From positions 395,776-459,775 of the forward strand of contig OZ244617.1 in the NCBI GenBank assembly GCA_965218305.1: 64,000 bases of DNA, read 5' to 3'. Below the pieces are notes generated by a model, which saw only the letters and a list, made by a program, of their open reading frames with translations, searched no databases and was not told the origin of the DNA. The position numbers and the translations under genes are program-made. Source of the stretch: an uncultured Candidatus Binatia bacterium (GTDB lineage: Bacteria; Desulfobacterota; Binatia; UBA9968; JAJDTQ01). The first letter of the stretch is position 1. The number at the start of each line of letters is the position of its first letter. Shown here one piece after another: positions 8,294-17,155 of this stretch.

Positions 8294-9444
8294 TGTACCC
8301 CCAATACGAGTGATGCGTGCATGCACAGGCTGCCGCCGTGGCCGCTGATGATGCCCGCCCGGGCACCCTGCACCTGTCGTTCCGGCTCCACCTCGTTGCC
8401 GCGTAACTGCTTGACGCCCTCGGTGACGTGCATGATCCCCTCGAGATGGGCCTGGGACAGCAGCCCGCCGTGGGTGTTCACGGGGATCTCGCCGCCCACC
8501 TCGATGCGGCCGTCCTTGACGAAGTCCTTGCCCTCGCCCTTGCCGCAGAAACCGTAGTCCTCGATGGTGATCATCGTGGTGATGGTGAAGCAGTCGTATA
8601 TCTGGGCGAAGGCCATGTCCTTGGGACCGAGCCCCGCCATCTTGTAGGCTGCCTCGGATGACTTCCGGCTCCCGAGGGTGGTGAGGGTGGGCGCGTCCAT
8701 GACGCTGGAGTGCGGATGGTGCTGCCCCATGCCCAACACCTGCACCGGTTTCTTGGGCAGGTCCCTGGCCCGTTCCATGCTGGTCACCAGCAGCGCGGCG
8801 CCGCCGTCCGACTCCAGCGAGCAGTCGAACAGGTGCAGCGGCTCCACGATCAGGCGCGAGGCCTGATGATCGTCGATGGTCATGGGCTTCTGCATGGTGG
8901 CGTTCTTGTTCATGCACGCGTGCTTGCGCGTGGACACCGCGATCTGGCCCAGGTCCTCGCTGGTGGTGCCGAACTCGTGCATGTGTCGCGTGGCCGCGAA
9001 CGCGTGGTTGGCCACCGCAGAAAAATGGCCCCAGGGCTGCTCCCAGTGCTCGTCGCCGCTGCGGATGGGATAGCCCGGCGTGGGATCCGGCGTTGCCCGC
9101 TTGCGCGCGTGGACGCACACCACGTAGTTGGCCATGCCGGCCTCGATGGCCATCACCGCGTTCTGGATCATGGCGATGGGGGTGGCGCCCCCCAATGCAA
9201 GGTCGGTGGCGTAGTTGGGATCGATGCCCGCCATGTGCGCCAAACGCACCGCGTAGCTCCGGTGGGCGTCGGTCAGCGGCTGGTTGGTGAGGAACCCGTC
9301 CACCTGGGACGCGTCGATTCCGGCGTCTTCCAGGCACGCACGGATCGCCTCCAGATGCAGCGAGTTGGTGGTGGCTTCGGGCCGCTTTCCCACCTTGGTC
9401 TCGCCGACGCCCACGATGGCGTATTTGCCCGATAGGTTTGACAT
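8290..9444 (-). CDS. Thiolase-like protein, SCP-x / lipid-transfer-protein type (BbsB/Ltp2-like)
   Basis: 384 aa. Thiolase fold (KYAIVGVGETKVGK...; C-terminal GHGGSLCMHASLVLG). Paired with the DUF35 gene as in the benzylsuccinate and steroid side-chain beta-oxidation systems. Confidence 0.8.
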   Translation of the reverse strand: MSNLSGKYAIVGVGETKVGKRPEATTNSLHLEAIRACLEDAGIDASQVDGFLTNQPLTDAHRSYAVRLAHMAGIDPNYATDLALGGATPIAMIQNAVMAIEAGMANYVVCVHARKRATPDPTPGYPIRSGDEHWEQPWGHFSAVANHAFAATRHMHEFGTTSEDLGQIAVSTRKHACMNKNATMQKPMTIDDHQASRLIVEPLHLFDCSLESDGGAALLVTSMERARDLPKKPVQVLGMGQHHPHSSVMDAPTLTTLGSRKSSEAAYKMAGLGPKDMAFAQIYDCFTITTMITIEDYGFCGKGEGKDFVKDGRIEVGGEIPVNTHGGLLSQAHLEGIMHVTEGVKQLRGNEVEPERQVQGARAGIISGHGGSLCMHASLVLGVQ

Positions 9445-9552
9445 GACTGTGCTCCTTGTCCCGACGGCTCCCGGACCGTCACGTCGTGACCGTCCGGGAG
9501 GCCGCAGGACCCGTTACAAGGTCGTTCCGCCAGGTACCCTGTACTCGGTGTG

Positions 9553-10596
9553 CTACTTGTCCAAGCCGATGATCTTCCGCGCGCGGCTGATGATCTCCGG
9601 CGTCATGCGCTTTTTCATGTTGGCCATGAGATTCACGAGGTACTTGCCGCTCTTGGGGTTGATGTCCAACCGGACCCGCTTGGCGTCCGCCAGGAATGCG
9701 GGGTCCTTGAGAGTGGCGTCGAACGCGCTCTGCAGGATCTGGACCTTGTCCTTCGGGGTACCCGGGGGCAGGGCCCAGGGCCGCAACATGGCCGCCGGCA
9801 GCATCAGGACCTTCATGAAGGCAATGTCGGCCGGCTTGGTGACCTTGGGGTTCAGGTACGGTACCTTTCGCTCCTCCAGCTCCGGGTTACGTTCCTCGCC
9901 GATGTAGGCGATGATCTTGGCATCGCCGTCGTCGATCATGGACATGCCGGTGGACTTCACCGAGTCCCAGCTCCAGCCGGTAAGGGCGTCCACTTCCTTC
10001 TGCAGAAGCGCCGCCCGGATCGGCGCCGTGCCCTTGTAGCCTGACACGATCTTGGATGTCTTCGGGCCGAAGATGTCATTCATGGCCAAGGGGATACTGC
10101 AGGTCGGGCTGTTGCGTGACGTACAGCCGAAGATCAGCGTCTCCGTCTTCGGATTCAGCCAATCGTCCATGCTCTGGATCGGGGATCCTTTGCGCACCAC
10201 CGCGGTGACGGCACCGGAATTGGCCAGTCCCAGCCAGATGAACTTGTTGATGTCGTACTTGATCCCGGGGAAGTTCAGGAACTGCGCCTGCGCCAGATTC
10301 CAGCTCGGCTGGACGAGGGAAAGGCCGTCCGGCTTCGTCACGTTGTAGACGTAGTTCGTCCCGATGAGGCCGCTGCCGCCGGGTATGTTGATGACGATGA
10401 CCTTGGGATTGCCCGGGATTTGCTTCCCGAGGTGACGCGCGAAGAGGCGGGAGTAGGTGTCGTAACCGCCGCCCGGCGCATGCACCGAAACGATCTTCAC
10501 CGTTTTCTTTTCGTAGAACGACGCCGCGCCGGCCGTACCAGCGCATGCCAGCAATACCGCTACGATGAGCCCGATCCATGCCATTCGTCGAAACAT
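9553..10596 (-). CDS. Bug/TctC-family periplasmic solute-binding protein (tripartite tricarboxylate transporter receptor)
   Basis: Signal peptide MFRRMAWIGLIVAVLLACAGTAGAAS. Internal ATG at 10596 preceded by AAGGAGAACC. TctC-family pattern (VHAPGGGYDTY..., PGGSGLIG). The track ORF extends to 10800 in frame. Confidence 0.8.
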   Translation of the reverse strand: MFRRMAWIGLIVAVLLACAGTAGAASFYEKKTVKIVSVHAPGGGYDTYSRLFARHLGKQIPGNPKVIVINIPGGSGLIGTNYVYNVTKPDGLSLVQPSWNLAQAQFLNFPGIKYDINKFIWLGLANSGAVTAVVRKGSPIQSMDDWLNPKTETLIFGCTSRNSPTCSIPLAMNDIFGPKTSKIVSGYKGTAPIRAALLQKEVDALTGWSWDSVKSTGMSMIDDGDAKIIAYIGEERNPELEERKVPYLNPKVTKPADIAFMKVLMLPAAMLRPWALPPGTPKDKVQILQSAFDATLKDPAFLADAKRVRLDINPKSGKYLVNLMANMKKRMTPEIISRARKIIGLDK

Positions 10597-10793
10597 GATG
10601 GTTCTCCTTGTTGGGGTAAAGCGCCCTCTCCTGATTCGCACCGGGCTACGATAGACCAGCGAGCGGGGCATTTCAAACGCTTCGAACCCGTTGTCGGGGA
10701 TCCCCAACCGCCGGCCTCCGCATCTTGCCGGAGGCGGGCCATTCCGTCTATCTTCGCCAACGTCGAGACTGTTCGTGAATGCCGGGAGGTGCC

Positions 10794-11933
10794 ATGTCAA
10801 AACCGATTCTACACGGCGTCAAGGTACTGGACCTGAGCCACATGTACCCGGGTACGCTGTGCACCTGGCTGCTGGCGGCCCTGGGCGCGGAGATCCTCAA
10901 GGTGGAGGAGCCCGGGGCCGTGCGCTCGGGCGCGCCGTTTCTCAACCAGGGGAAGAAAAGCATCACGCTGAACCTCAAGACCGACGCGGGCCTCAAGGTC
11001 CTGCATGACTTGGCGAAGGCGTCGGACATCGTGCTCGAAGGCTTCCGGCCCGGCGTGGCGCGCCGGCTCCGGGTGGACTACGAGACGCTCCGGCGACTGA
11101 ATCCCAGGCTGGTCTACTGCTCGATATCGAGCTTCGGACAGACCGGCCCGTCGGTGTCGTACTCGGCCCATGACATCAACTTCCTGGCGCTGAGCGGCAT
11201 GCTCGGCATCGGCAGGGAGGCCGCCCGGAGACCGCTGCCGCCGGCGGCCCAGGTGGCCGACGTGGCCGGCGGCGGGTACCCGGCCCTGAGCGCCATCCTG
11301 GCGGCGTATATTGCGGTGCTGCGGGAAGGGGAGGGCCGCTACATCGACATCTCCATGTTCGACTGGACCCTGCTCATGGTGGCGCGCTACCTGATGCTGG
11401 ACCCGCCGCCCCGGCGTTCCCGGCCGGAGGTAAAGCGCGAGCACGCCACCCTGGCCGGCTCCGTGGCCTGTTACGACACTTACGAGGCGGGGGACGGGGG
11501 CTTTGTATCGCTGGCGGCCCTGGGACCGAAGCAGTGGGGTCTGTTGTGCAAGGCTTTGGGCCTGAAGCGATACACCGACGCGGCCTTCGACCCGGACCAG
11601 ATGCCGCGAATCAAGGCGGCGATGCGGCGCACTTTCAAGACCCGGCCCCGGGACCACTGGGTGCAGCTTCTCAGGAACGAGTACGGTCTCTCTGCGGCGC
11701 CGGTGTACGAACCCGAGGAGGTGCTGGAGGATCCCCACGTGCGTTTCCGGAAGACCCTTGCCCGGCGAAAGGACACCGGCGCCATCGAGTTCACGCCGCC
11801 GTTCTGGTTCGCCGGCGCCCGCAAGCCCGGCGGGAGGATCTGCCGTGTGGGCCAGCACACCGGCGCCGTCCTCAAGGGCCTCGGCTACACCCCGGCGGAG
11901 ATCCGCGAGCTGCGCAGGGCCAAGGCCATCTGA
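10794..11933 (+). CDS. Family III CoA-transferase (CaiB/BaiF)
   Basis: MSKPILHGVKVLDLSHMYPGTLCTWLLAALGAEILKVEEP. ATG at 10794 preceded by GGGAGG. Divergent from the tctC operon. Confidence 0.8.
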   Translation: MSKPILHGVKVLDLSHMYPGTLCTWLLAALGAEILKVEEPGAVRSGAPFLNQGKKSITLNLKTDAGLKVLHDLAKASDIVLEGFRPGVARRLRVDYETLRRLNPRLVYCSISSFGQTGPSVSYSAHDINFLALSGMLGIGREAARRPLPPAAQVADVAGGGYPALSAILAAYIAVLREGEGRYIDISMFDWTLLMVARYLMLDPPPRRSRPEVKREHATLAGSVACYDTYEAGDGGFVSLAALGPKQWGLLCKALGLKRYTDAAFDPDQMPRIKAAMRRTFKTRPRDHWVQLLRNEYGLSAAPVYEPEEVLEDPHVRFRKTLARRKDTGAIEFTPPFWFAGARKPGGRICRVGQHTGAVLKGLGYTPAEIRELRRAKAI

Positions 11934-11987
11934 CGCGCGGTCTCTCCTCCGGTCGTGCCGCCCGGTTGAACGCAGCCCTGTAGCCTT

Positions 11988-12067
11988 GTAGGTCGGGTTA
12001 GCCGCAGGCGTAACCCGACACGGCGTGGCAGCCCTGTCGGATTACGCTTCGCTAATCCGACCTACGC
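11988..12067. repeat. REP-like repeat family 2, inverted pair (GTAGGTCGG[A/G]TTAGC...GTAA[T/C]CCGACAC)
   Basis: Copy B forward at 11988-12021 and copy A reverse at 12036-12065, each a 9-bp-stem hairpin. The same composite is at 24699-24779 and a single copy at 17101-17132. The short ORFs MSDYASLIRPT... on both strands are artefacts of this repeat. Confidence 0.8.
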
Positions 12068-12217
12068 GGAACCCCGAGGGCCGCAGGCTGGGGAAGGGGC
12101 GGCCCGCGGCTGTTCGGTACACTTGGTTGAACGTGGTCCGCGATTGGAGTAATTGTCCGGTAGCCCTCTTGGAAGGGCATCAGGGCGCCTGGGCGGCGCC
12201 GTTGGAGGAGGCACGCG

Positions 12218-13339
12218 ATGTCAGAGGTAAAGCCAGGGCTGGAAGGAGTGGTGGCCGGTGAAACGGCCATCTGTTCGGTGCGCCCCGAGGGCGAGCTGAT
12301 TTACCGCGGCTACGACGTGCACGACCTGGCCGAGCAGGCGGGCTTCGAAGAGGTGGCCTACCTCGTGCTCACCGGCCGGCTCCCGACGAAAGTCGAGCTT
12401 GAAGTTTTCGACGCGGAGCTCCGGTCCAACCGGGCGCTGCCGCCGGGCGTCATTGAGAGCCTCGCACTGCTCCCTTCGGATGCGGTCCCCATGGACGCGT
12501 TGCGTACCGCGGTATCGACGCTGGCGCTCTACGACCCGGAGGCGGGGGACGATTCCCACGATGCCAACCTGAGGAAAGCGACCCGGCTGTTGGCGCGTAT
12601 GGCCACGGTGGTGGCGGCCCAGCACCGGCTCTCCCAGGGGCTGGAAGTGGTGGCGCCGGACCCGGAGCTCAGTCACGCGGCGAACTTTCTCTATATGCTG
12701 CGGGGCGAGCGGCCGGACGAGTTCGAGGCCAGGGTGCTGGAGGTGACGTTGATCCTGTACCTGGAGCACGAGTTCAACGCCTCCACGTTTGCCGCCCGGG
12801 TCATCGCGTCCACGCTGTCGGACCTTTACGGCGCCGTGGTGGGCGCCATCGCCGCCCTCAAGGGCCCGCTTCACGGCGGCGCCAACGAGAAGGCCATGGA
12901 TGTCATCCTGGAGATCGGCGAACCCGCCCGGGCCGAGGCATGGGTGGAGGAGAGCCTGCGGCAGAACAAGCGCGTCATGGGCTTCGGCCACCGCATCTAC
13001 AAGACGGCGGACTCGCGGGTGGTGGTGGCCAAGAAGTGGGGCGCGCTGCTCGGCAAGCAACTCGACGACACCCGGCTCAGCGATATCTGCATCACGGTCG
13101 AGGAAATCATGCGCCGGGAGAAGAATCTGTGCCCCAACGTGGACTTCTACGCCGCGCCCATCTACCACATGATGAAGATTCCCGTCAGCCTCAACACGCC
13201 CATCTTCGCCATGAGCCGCGTCGTGGGCTGGTCGGCGCACGTCATCGAGCAGATCGACAACAACCGTCTGTTCCGGCCCAACTCACGGTACGTGGGCGCC
13301 ACGGGTCTCGAGTTCCTTCCGCTGGACCGGCGCGGCTAG
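12218..13339 (+). CDS. Citrate synthase family protein (short type; citrate / 2-methylcitrate synthase or citryl-CoA lyase-like)
   Basis: 373 aa. GYDVHDLAEQ and GPLHGGANEKAMD (CS catalytic His region) motifs. RBS GGAGGAGG. Confidence 0.75.
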   Translation: MSEVKPGLEGVVAGETAICSVRPEGELIYRGYDVHDLAEQAGFEEVAYLVLTGRLPTKVELEVFDAELRSNRALPPGVIESLALLPSDAVPMDALRTAVSTLALYDPEAGDDSHDANLRKATRLLARMATVVAAQHRLSQGLEVVAPDPELSHAANFLYMLRGERPDEFEARVLEVTLILYLEHEFNASTFAARVIASTLSDLYGAVVGAIAALKGPLHGGANEKAMDVILEIGEPARAEAWVEESLRQNKRVMGFGHRIYKTADSRVVVAKKWGALLGKQLDDTRLSDICITVEEIMRREKNLCPNVDFYAAPIYHMMKIPVSLNTPIFAMSRVVGWSAHVIEQIDNNRLFRPNSRYVGATGLEFLPLDRRG

Positions 13340-13366
13340 CCGGAGGGCCACTAGACGGTCGAATCG

Positions 13367-15820
13367 ATGGCGGAGCCGCAAACCGCACCACAGGCGCTGG
13401 ATGGCGTGAGGGTCCTGGAGCTGGCGGGCGCCGAAGGCGAGTACTGCGGCAAGCTCCTGGCGGACTTCGGCGCCGAGGTGATCAAGGTGGAGCCGTGCGG
13501 AGGCAGCCCTTCCCGCGGCCAGCCCCCGTTCAAGGACGACCGGCCGGGACCCGACCGGAGCCTTCCCTTCCTCTACTTCAACGCCAACAAGAAGAGCGTC
13601 ACCGCGGCTCTCGATACCGAGGCGGGCCGGGAGCGCGTCCGGCGCCTGGCCCGGACTGCCGACGTGGTGGTGGAGAGCGCCGCGCCCGGGGCCCTTGCGG
13701 ACATGGGGCTGGGGCACGAGGCTTTGCTGGCGGCCAACCCGCGGTTGGTCTACGCGTCCATCACGGCCTTCGGCCAGACCGGGCCCTACAACAAGTACCG
13801 CTGGTCCGAGCTCGTGGCCTTCGCCATGGGCGGGCTCATGTATGTGAGCGGCAAGCCGTCGTTGCCGCCGGTGAACGCACCGGGCGCGCAGGCCTTCCTG
13901 GTGGGCTCCGCCCACGCCGCCCTGGCCATTCTCATGGCGCTGTGGCACGTGCGGCAGGGCGGCGCGGGACAGCACATTGACGTCTCCATGATGGACTGTC
14001 TCGCGGCCATGGAGAACATGGTCTCCCGGTCCGCTTCCACGGGAGTACATCCGCGACGGGACGGCACGCAGCATCGCTTCGCCACCCCCGGCACCATCTA
14101 CCGCTGCCGCGACGGCTCCGTGCACATCTTCGTCACCAACTCCCAGCCAGGGGCCTGGGAGCGTTTCATGGACTGGCTCGGAGAGCCCGAGGCGCTGGCG
14201 GGCGAAGGGTTCAAGGACCCGGTCTATCGCCGCGCCCACGTGGCGGAGGTGGACCGGGTGGTATCCGCGATCCTGGCGGAACTCCCCAAGGAAAAGGTCT
14301 ATGAGGAGCTGCAAGCCCGCCACATTCCGTGCGCCCCGGTGAACACGCCGTTGGAGTTCGTGCGGGACCGGCACATCCAGGCCCGGGGGTTCGTTGTCGA
14401 TACGGTGCACCCGCGGCTTGGTCCCATGGAGTTTCCCGGCCGGGCCTACAAGACCGAGTCCTGGCGGTTCCGGCACCACGCCCCGGCGGTTGGGGAGCAT
14501 GACCGGGAGTTGCTCGAGGGAGAGCGCCCGGCGCCACCGCGTGACACGGCTGTGGCCGCAAACCCCAGGTCGGACCGGAGTTCCCGCGCCAAGTCAGCAA
14601 CCGGGAACGGAGCGGCGCCGGGCGGACTGCCGTTGGCGGGCATTCGCGTGGCGGACTTCACTCACATGGTCGCCGGCCCCTACGGCACGATGCAGCTTGC
14701 CTACTTCGGGGCCGAGGTGATCAAGATCGAGTCGCGAGCCCGGCCCGACACCTGGCGCATCCGCGAGGGCAACAAAGACGTGGAAGCATCGCTGCCCTTT
14801 GCGGACCACAACCGGAACAAGCTGTCCGTCACCGCCAACCTCAAGACGGAAGAGGGCAGAGAGGTGGCGCGCCGCATCATCGCCGAAAGCGACGTGGTGG
14901 TGGAGAACTTCAGCGTCGGGGTCATGGACCGCTTGAATCTGAGTTACGAGGAGCTCCGGGCGGTGAAGCCGGACATCATCATGATCCGGCTTCAGGGGCT
15001 CGGCACCACCGGCCCCCGGAAGAACTACGTGACCTGGGGCCCCAGCCTGATGCCGTTTTCCGGCATGAGCTGGCTGTGGAACCACCCCGACGGCGGCGCG
15101 CCGGTGGGATCGCAGACCTCCTATCCCGACTACATCGTCTCCGTTCACATGGCCTTCGTGCTCATGGCGGCGCTGCACCACCGAGCCAGCACGGGGGAGG
15201 GCCAGTTCATCGATATCGCCCAGGGAGAGGTGACCGCGTCGCTCATCGGGCCGGCGCTGCTGGACGGGCTGGTCAACGGGCGCGCCGCGAAGCCCGTGGG
15301 GAACCGGGGCCACGCGGGCGCTCCCCACGGCTGTTATCCTTGCCGGGGCGAAGACGCGTGGTGCGCCATCTCGGTGGGAGACGACCCGGAGTGGCAGCGA
15401 TTCTGCGAGGCCACGGGGAATCGGGAGGCGCTTGGGGATGAGCGGTTCGCCACGGTCGCCCTGCGTCTGGCCAACGACGAGGAACTGGACGAGGTGGTTT
15501 CCGGATGGACGCGCCAGCGGAGCCCGCGCCAGGTCATGGAGGCGCTTCAGGGATACGGCGTGACCGCCGGGATGGTGTCCGACGGCACGACCCTGGTCAC
15601 CGACCCGCACCTGCGGTTCCGCGGCTCCGTGGTCGAGCATGAGCATCCGCGCCAGGGCCGGCTCACGCTGCCGGGCATCGTGACAAAGTTTTCGGGGACG
15701 CCGGGGGAGATACGCCGCCACGCCCCGTTGTTGGGCCAAGACACCCACGCGGTCCTGAACGGACTGCTCGGAATGACCGATGAGGAGATTCGCGGCCTGG
15801 AGGCCGCCGGGGCGTTTTGA
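13367..15820 (+). CDS. Tandem fusion of two family III CoA-transferase domains (817 aa)
   Basis: The N-half starts LDGVRVLELAGAEGEYCGKLLADFGAEVIKVEP. The C-half starts again with LAGIRVADFTHMVAGPYGTMQLAYFGAEVIKIES. Each half is colinear with one gene of the 22..2432 pair. Confidence 0.8.
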   Translation: MAEPQTAPQALDGVRVLELAGAEGEYCGKLLADFGAEVIKVEPCGGSPSRGQPPFKDDRPGPDRSLPFLYFNANKKSVTAALDTEAGRERVRRLARTADVVVESAAPGALADMGLGHEALLAANPRLVYASITAFGQTGPYNKYRWSELVAFAMGGLMYVSGKPSLPPVNAPGAQAFLVGSAHAALAILMALWHVRQGGAGQHIDVSMMDCLAAMENMVSRSASTGVHPRRDGTQHRFATPGTIYRCRDGSVHIFVTNSQPGAWERFMDWLGEPEALAGEGFKDPVYRRAHVAEVDRVVSAILAELPKEKVYEELQARHIPCAPVNTPLEFVRDRHIQARGFVVDTVHPRLGPMEFPGRAYKTESWRFRHHAPAVGEHDRELLEGERPAPPRDTAVAANPRSDRSSRAKSATGNGAAPGGLPLAGIRVADFTHMVAGPYGTMQLAYFGAEVIKIESRARPDTWRIREGNKDVEASLPFADHNRNKLSVTANLKTEEGREVARRIIAESDVVVENFSVGVMDRLNLSYEELRAVKPDIIMIRLQGLGTTGPRKNYVTWGPSLMPFSGMSWLWNHPDGGAPVGSQTSYPDYIVSVHMAFVLMAALHHRASTGEGQFIDIAQGEVTASLIGPALLDGLVNGRAAKPVGNRGHAGAPHGCYPCRGEDAWCAISVGDDPEWQRFCEATGNREALGDERFATVALRLANDEELDEVVSGWTRQRSPRQVMEALQGYGVTAGMVSDGTTLVTDPHLRFRGSVVEHEHPRQGRLTLPGIVTKFSGTPGEIRRHAPLLGQDTHAVLNGLLGMTDEEIRGLEAAGAF

Positions 15821-15861
15821 CGGGGTGTCGATGCGCGGCCGCGTCGGCCCGTCATCCTGGG

Positions 15862-16136
15862 GACCGGGCATCCGGACCCCGCTCGGACATCCCGAGCCCC
15901 CTCTCCGGCATCCCGTCCCCCCTCTCCGGCATCCTGTCGCCCCGCTCCGGCATCCCGGGCTTGACCCGGGATCCAGAGGCGGGGAGGGGAGGACAGGCCG
16001 AACGGTTCAGCCATCCTGCCTGGACCCCGGATCAAGTCCGGGGTGACGACTTGGGAGTCCGGGGTGACACCAGGGTGTCCGGGTGACACTAAGGTGTCCG
16101 GGGTGACACCAGGGCGTCGGGGGTGACGACCCGAGC
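15862..16136 (+). repeat. Composite repeat region: about 5 tandem 21-bp units (CTCCGGCATCCCGnCCCCCCT), a family-1 REP hairpin (CATCCCGGGCTTGACCCGGGATCC), a second hairpin (GACCCCGGATCAAGTCCGGGGTGAC), and about 5 tandem 20-bp units (GTCCGGGGTGACACCAGGGT)
   Basis: Read directly in the 361-nt gap between the fused CoA-transferase and the crotonase genes. The second array recurs in reverse-complement orientation at 56668-56803. Confidence 0.8.
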
Positions 16137-16181
16137 GCCGGCGGGTTGTTCTTACGGTAGCGAAAGGAGTAGAGGAGCAAC

Positions 16182-16967
16182 ATGGACTATCAAGCCATCC
16201 TGTTCGAGAAGAAGAACGGCATCGCTTACGTGACCCTCAATCGTCCGGAGGTGCTGAATGCGCGCAACCGGCGTATGCGCGAGGAGCTTATCGACGCGGT
16301 CACGGCCATCCGGGCGGACCCGGAGGTGCGGGTGGTGATCCTCACCGGTGCGGGGGAGCGGTCGTTCTCGGCGGGCCGGGATCTCAAGGAGGCGGCTCAG
16401 GAGAAGGTCGGCGTGGTGGCGGCCCGGCAGGCGAAGATGGAGATCGGCGATACCGAGATGATCGCCCGGCTCAACAAGCCGGTGATCGCGGCCATCAACG
16501 GCTTCGCTTTGGGCGGTGGCTGCGAGATGGCGCTGGCCTGCGACATCCGGGTGGCGGTGGAAGGCGCCAAGGTGGGCCTTCCGGAGGTTTCCCGCGGCAT
16601 GATCCCCGGCAGCGGCGGCACCCAGCGCCTGTCGCGGGTGGTGGGGCTCGGCAAGGCGCTGGAGCTGATCCTAACCGGCAGCGTCATCGACGCCGAGGAA
16701 GCCTGCCGCATCGGCCTGGTGAACAAGGTGGTTCCCCGCGACGGGCTCATGGCCGCGGCCGAGGAGTATGCCCAGGCCATCGCCACCAAGGCGCCGGTGG
16801 CCGTAGTCTTGGCCAAGGAGGCCGTGCGTGAGGGCTACGAGATGTCCCTGGACGACGGCCTGCGCCTGGAGACCGACTTGTCGGCGTTGCTGAGGACCAC
16901 CGAGGACATCAAGGAGGGAGCACGGGCCTTCGTCGAGAAGCGGCCGCCCCAGTGGCGCGGTCAGTGA
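16182..16967 (+). CDS. Enoyl-CoA hydratase/isomerase (crotonase superfamily)
   Basis: 261 aa. Pattern ...VVILTGAGERSFSAGRDLKE...AAINGFALGGGCEMALACDIRVA. RBS AAAGGAG. Confidence 0.85.
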   Translation: MDYQAILFEKKNGIAYVTLNRPEVLNARNRRMREELIDAVTAIRADPEVRVVILTGAGERSFSAGRDLKEAAQEKVGVVAARQAKMEIGDTEMIARLNKPVIAAINGFALGGGCEMALACDIRVAVEGAKVGLPEVSRGMIPGSGGTQRLSRVVGLGKALELILTGSVIDAEEACRIGLVNKVVPRDGLMAAAEEYAQAIATKAPVAVVLAKEAVREGYEMSLDDGLRLETDLSALLRTTEDIKEGARAFVEKRPPQWRGQ

Positions 16968-17040
16968 TTGCGCTTCGGGATTTGCGATTCAGGGAGACTC
17001 TGATTCACAGGAGCAAACCCTCCGAGGCCCGATGAGGAAA

Positions 17041-17132
17041 TGTAGGGGCGGGTTTCAAACCCGCCCGTGCCCGTGCCACTGCCTGGCTCGGGACAGAGAC
17101 GTAGGTCGGATCAGCGAAGCGTAATCCGACAC
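17041..17132. repeat. Adjacent REP-like copies: family 3 (17041-17075) followed by family 2 (17101-17132)
   Basis: tgtagGGGCGGGTTTCAAACCCGCCCgtgcccgtg ... GTAGGTCGGATCAGCGAAGCGTAATCCGACAC, between the crotonase and TPP-enzyme genes. Confidence 0.75.
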
Positions 17133-17155
17133 GGGATTGCACAACAGGAGATGAC

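Noticed and set aside
15862-16136. Tandem about 20-bp repeats that at first glance resemble a CRISPR array (also at 56668-56803)
   Set aside because: The units are directly adjacent with no unique spacers. They are 20-21 bp rather than 28-37 bp, no cas genes or leader are present, and they are embedded in REP-like hairpins. Classified as tandem/REP repeats.
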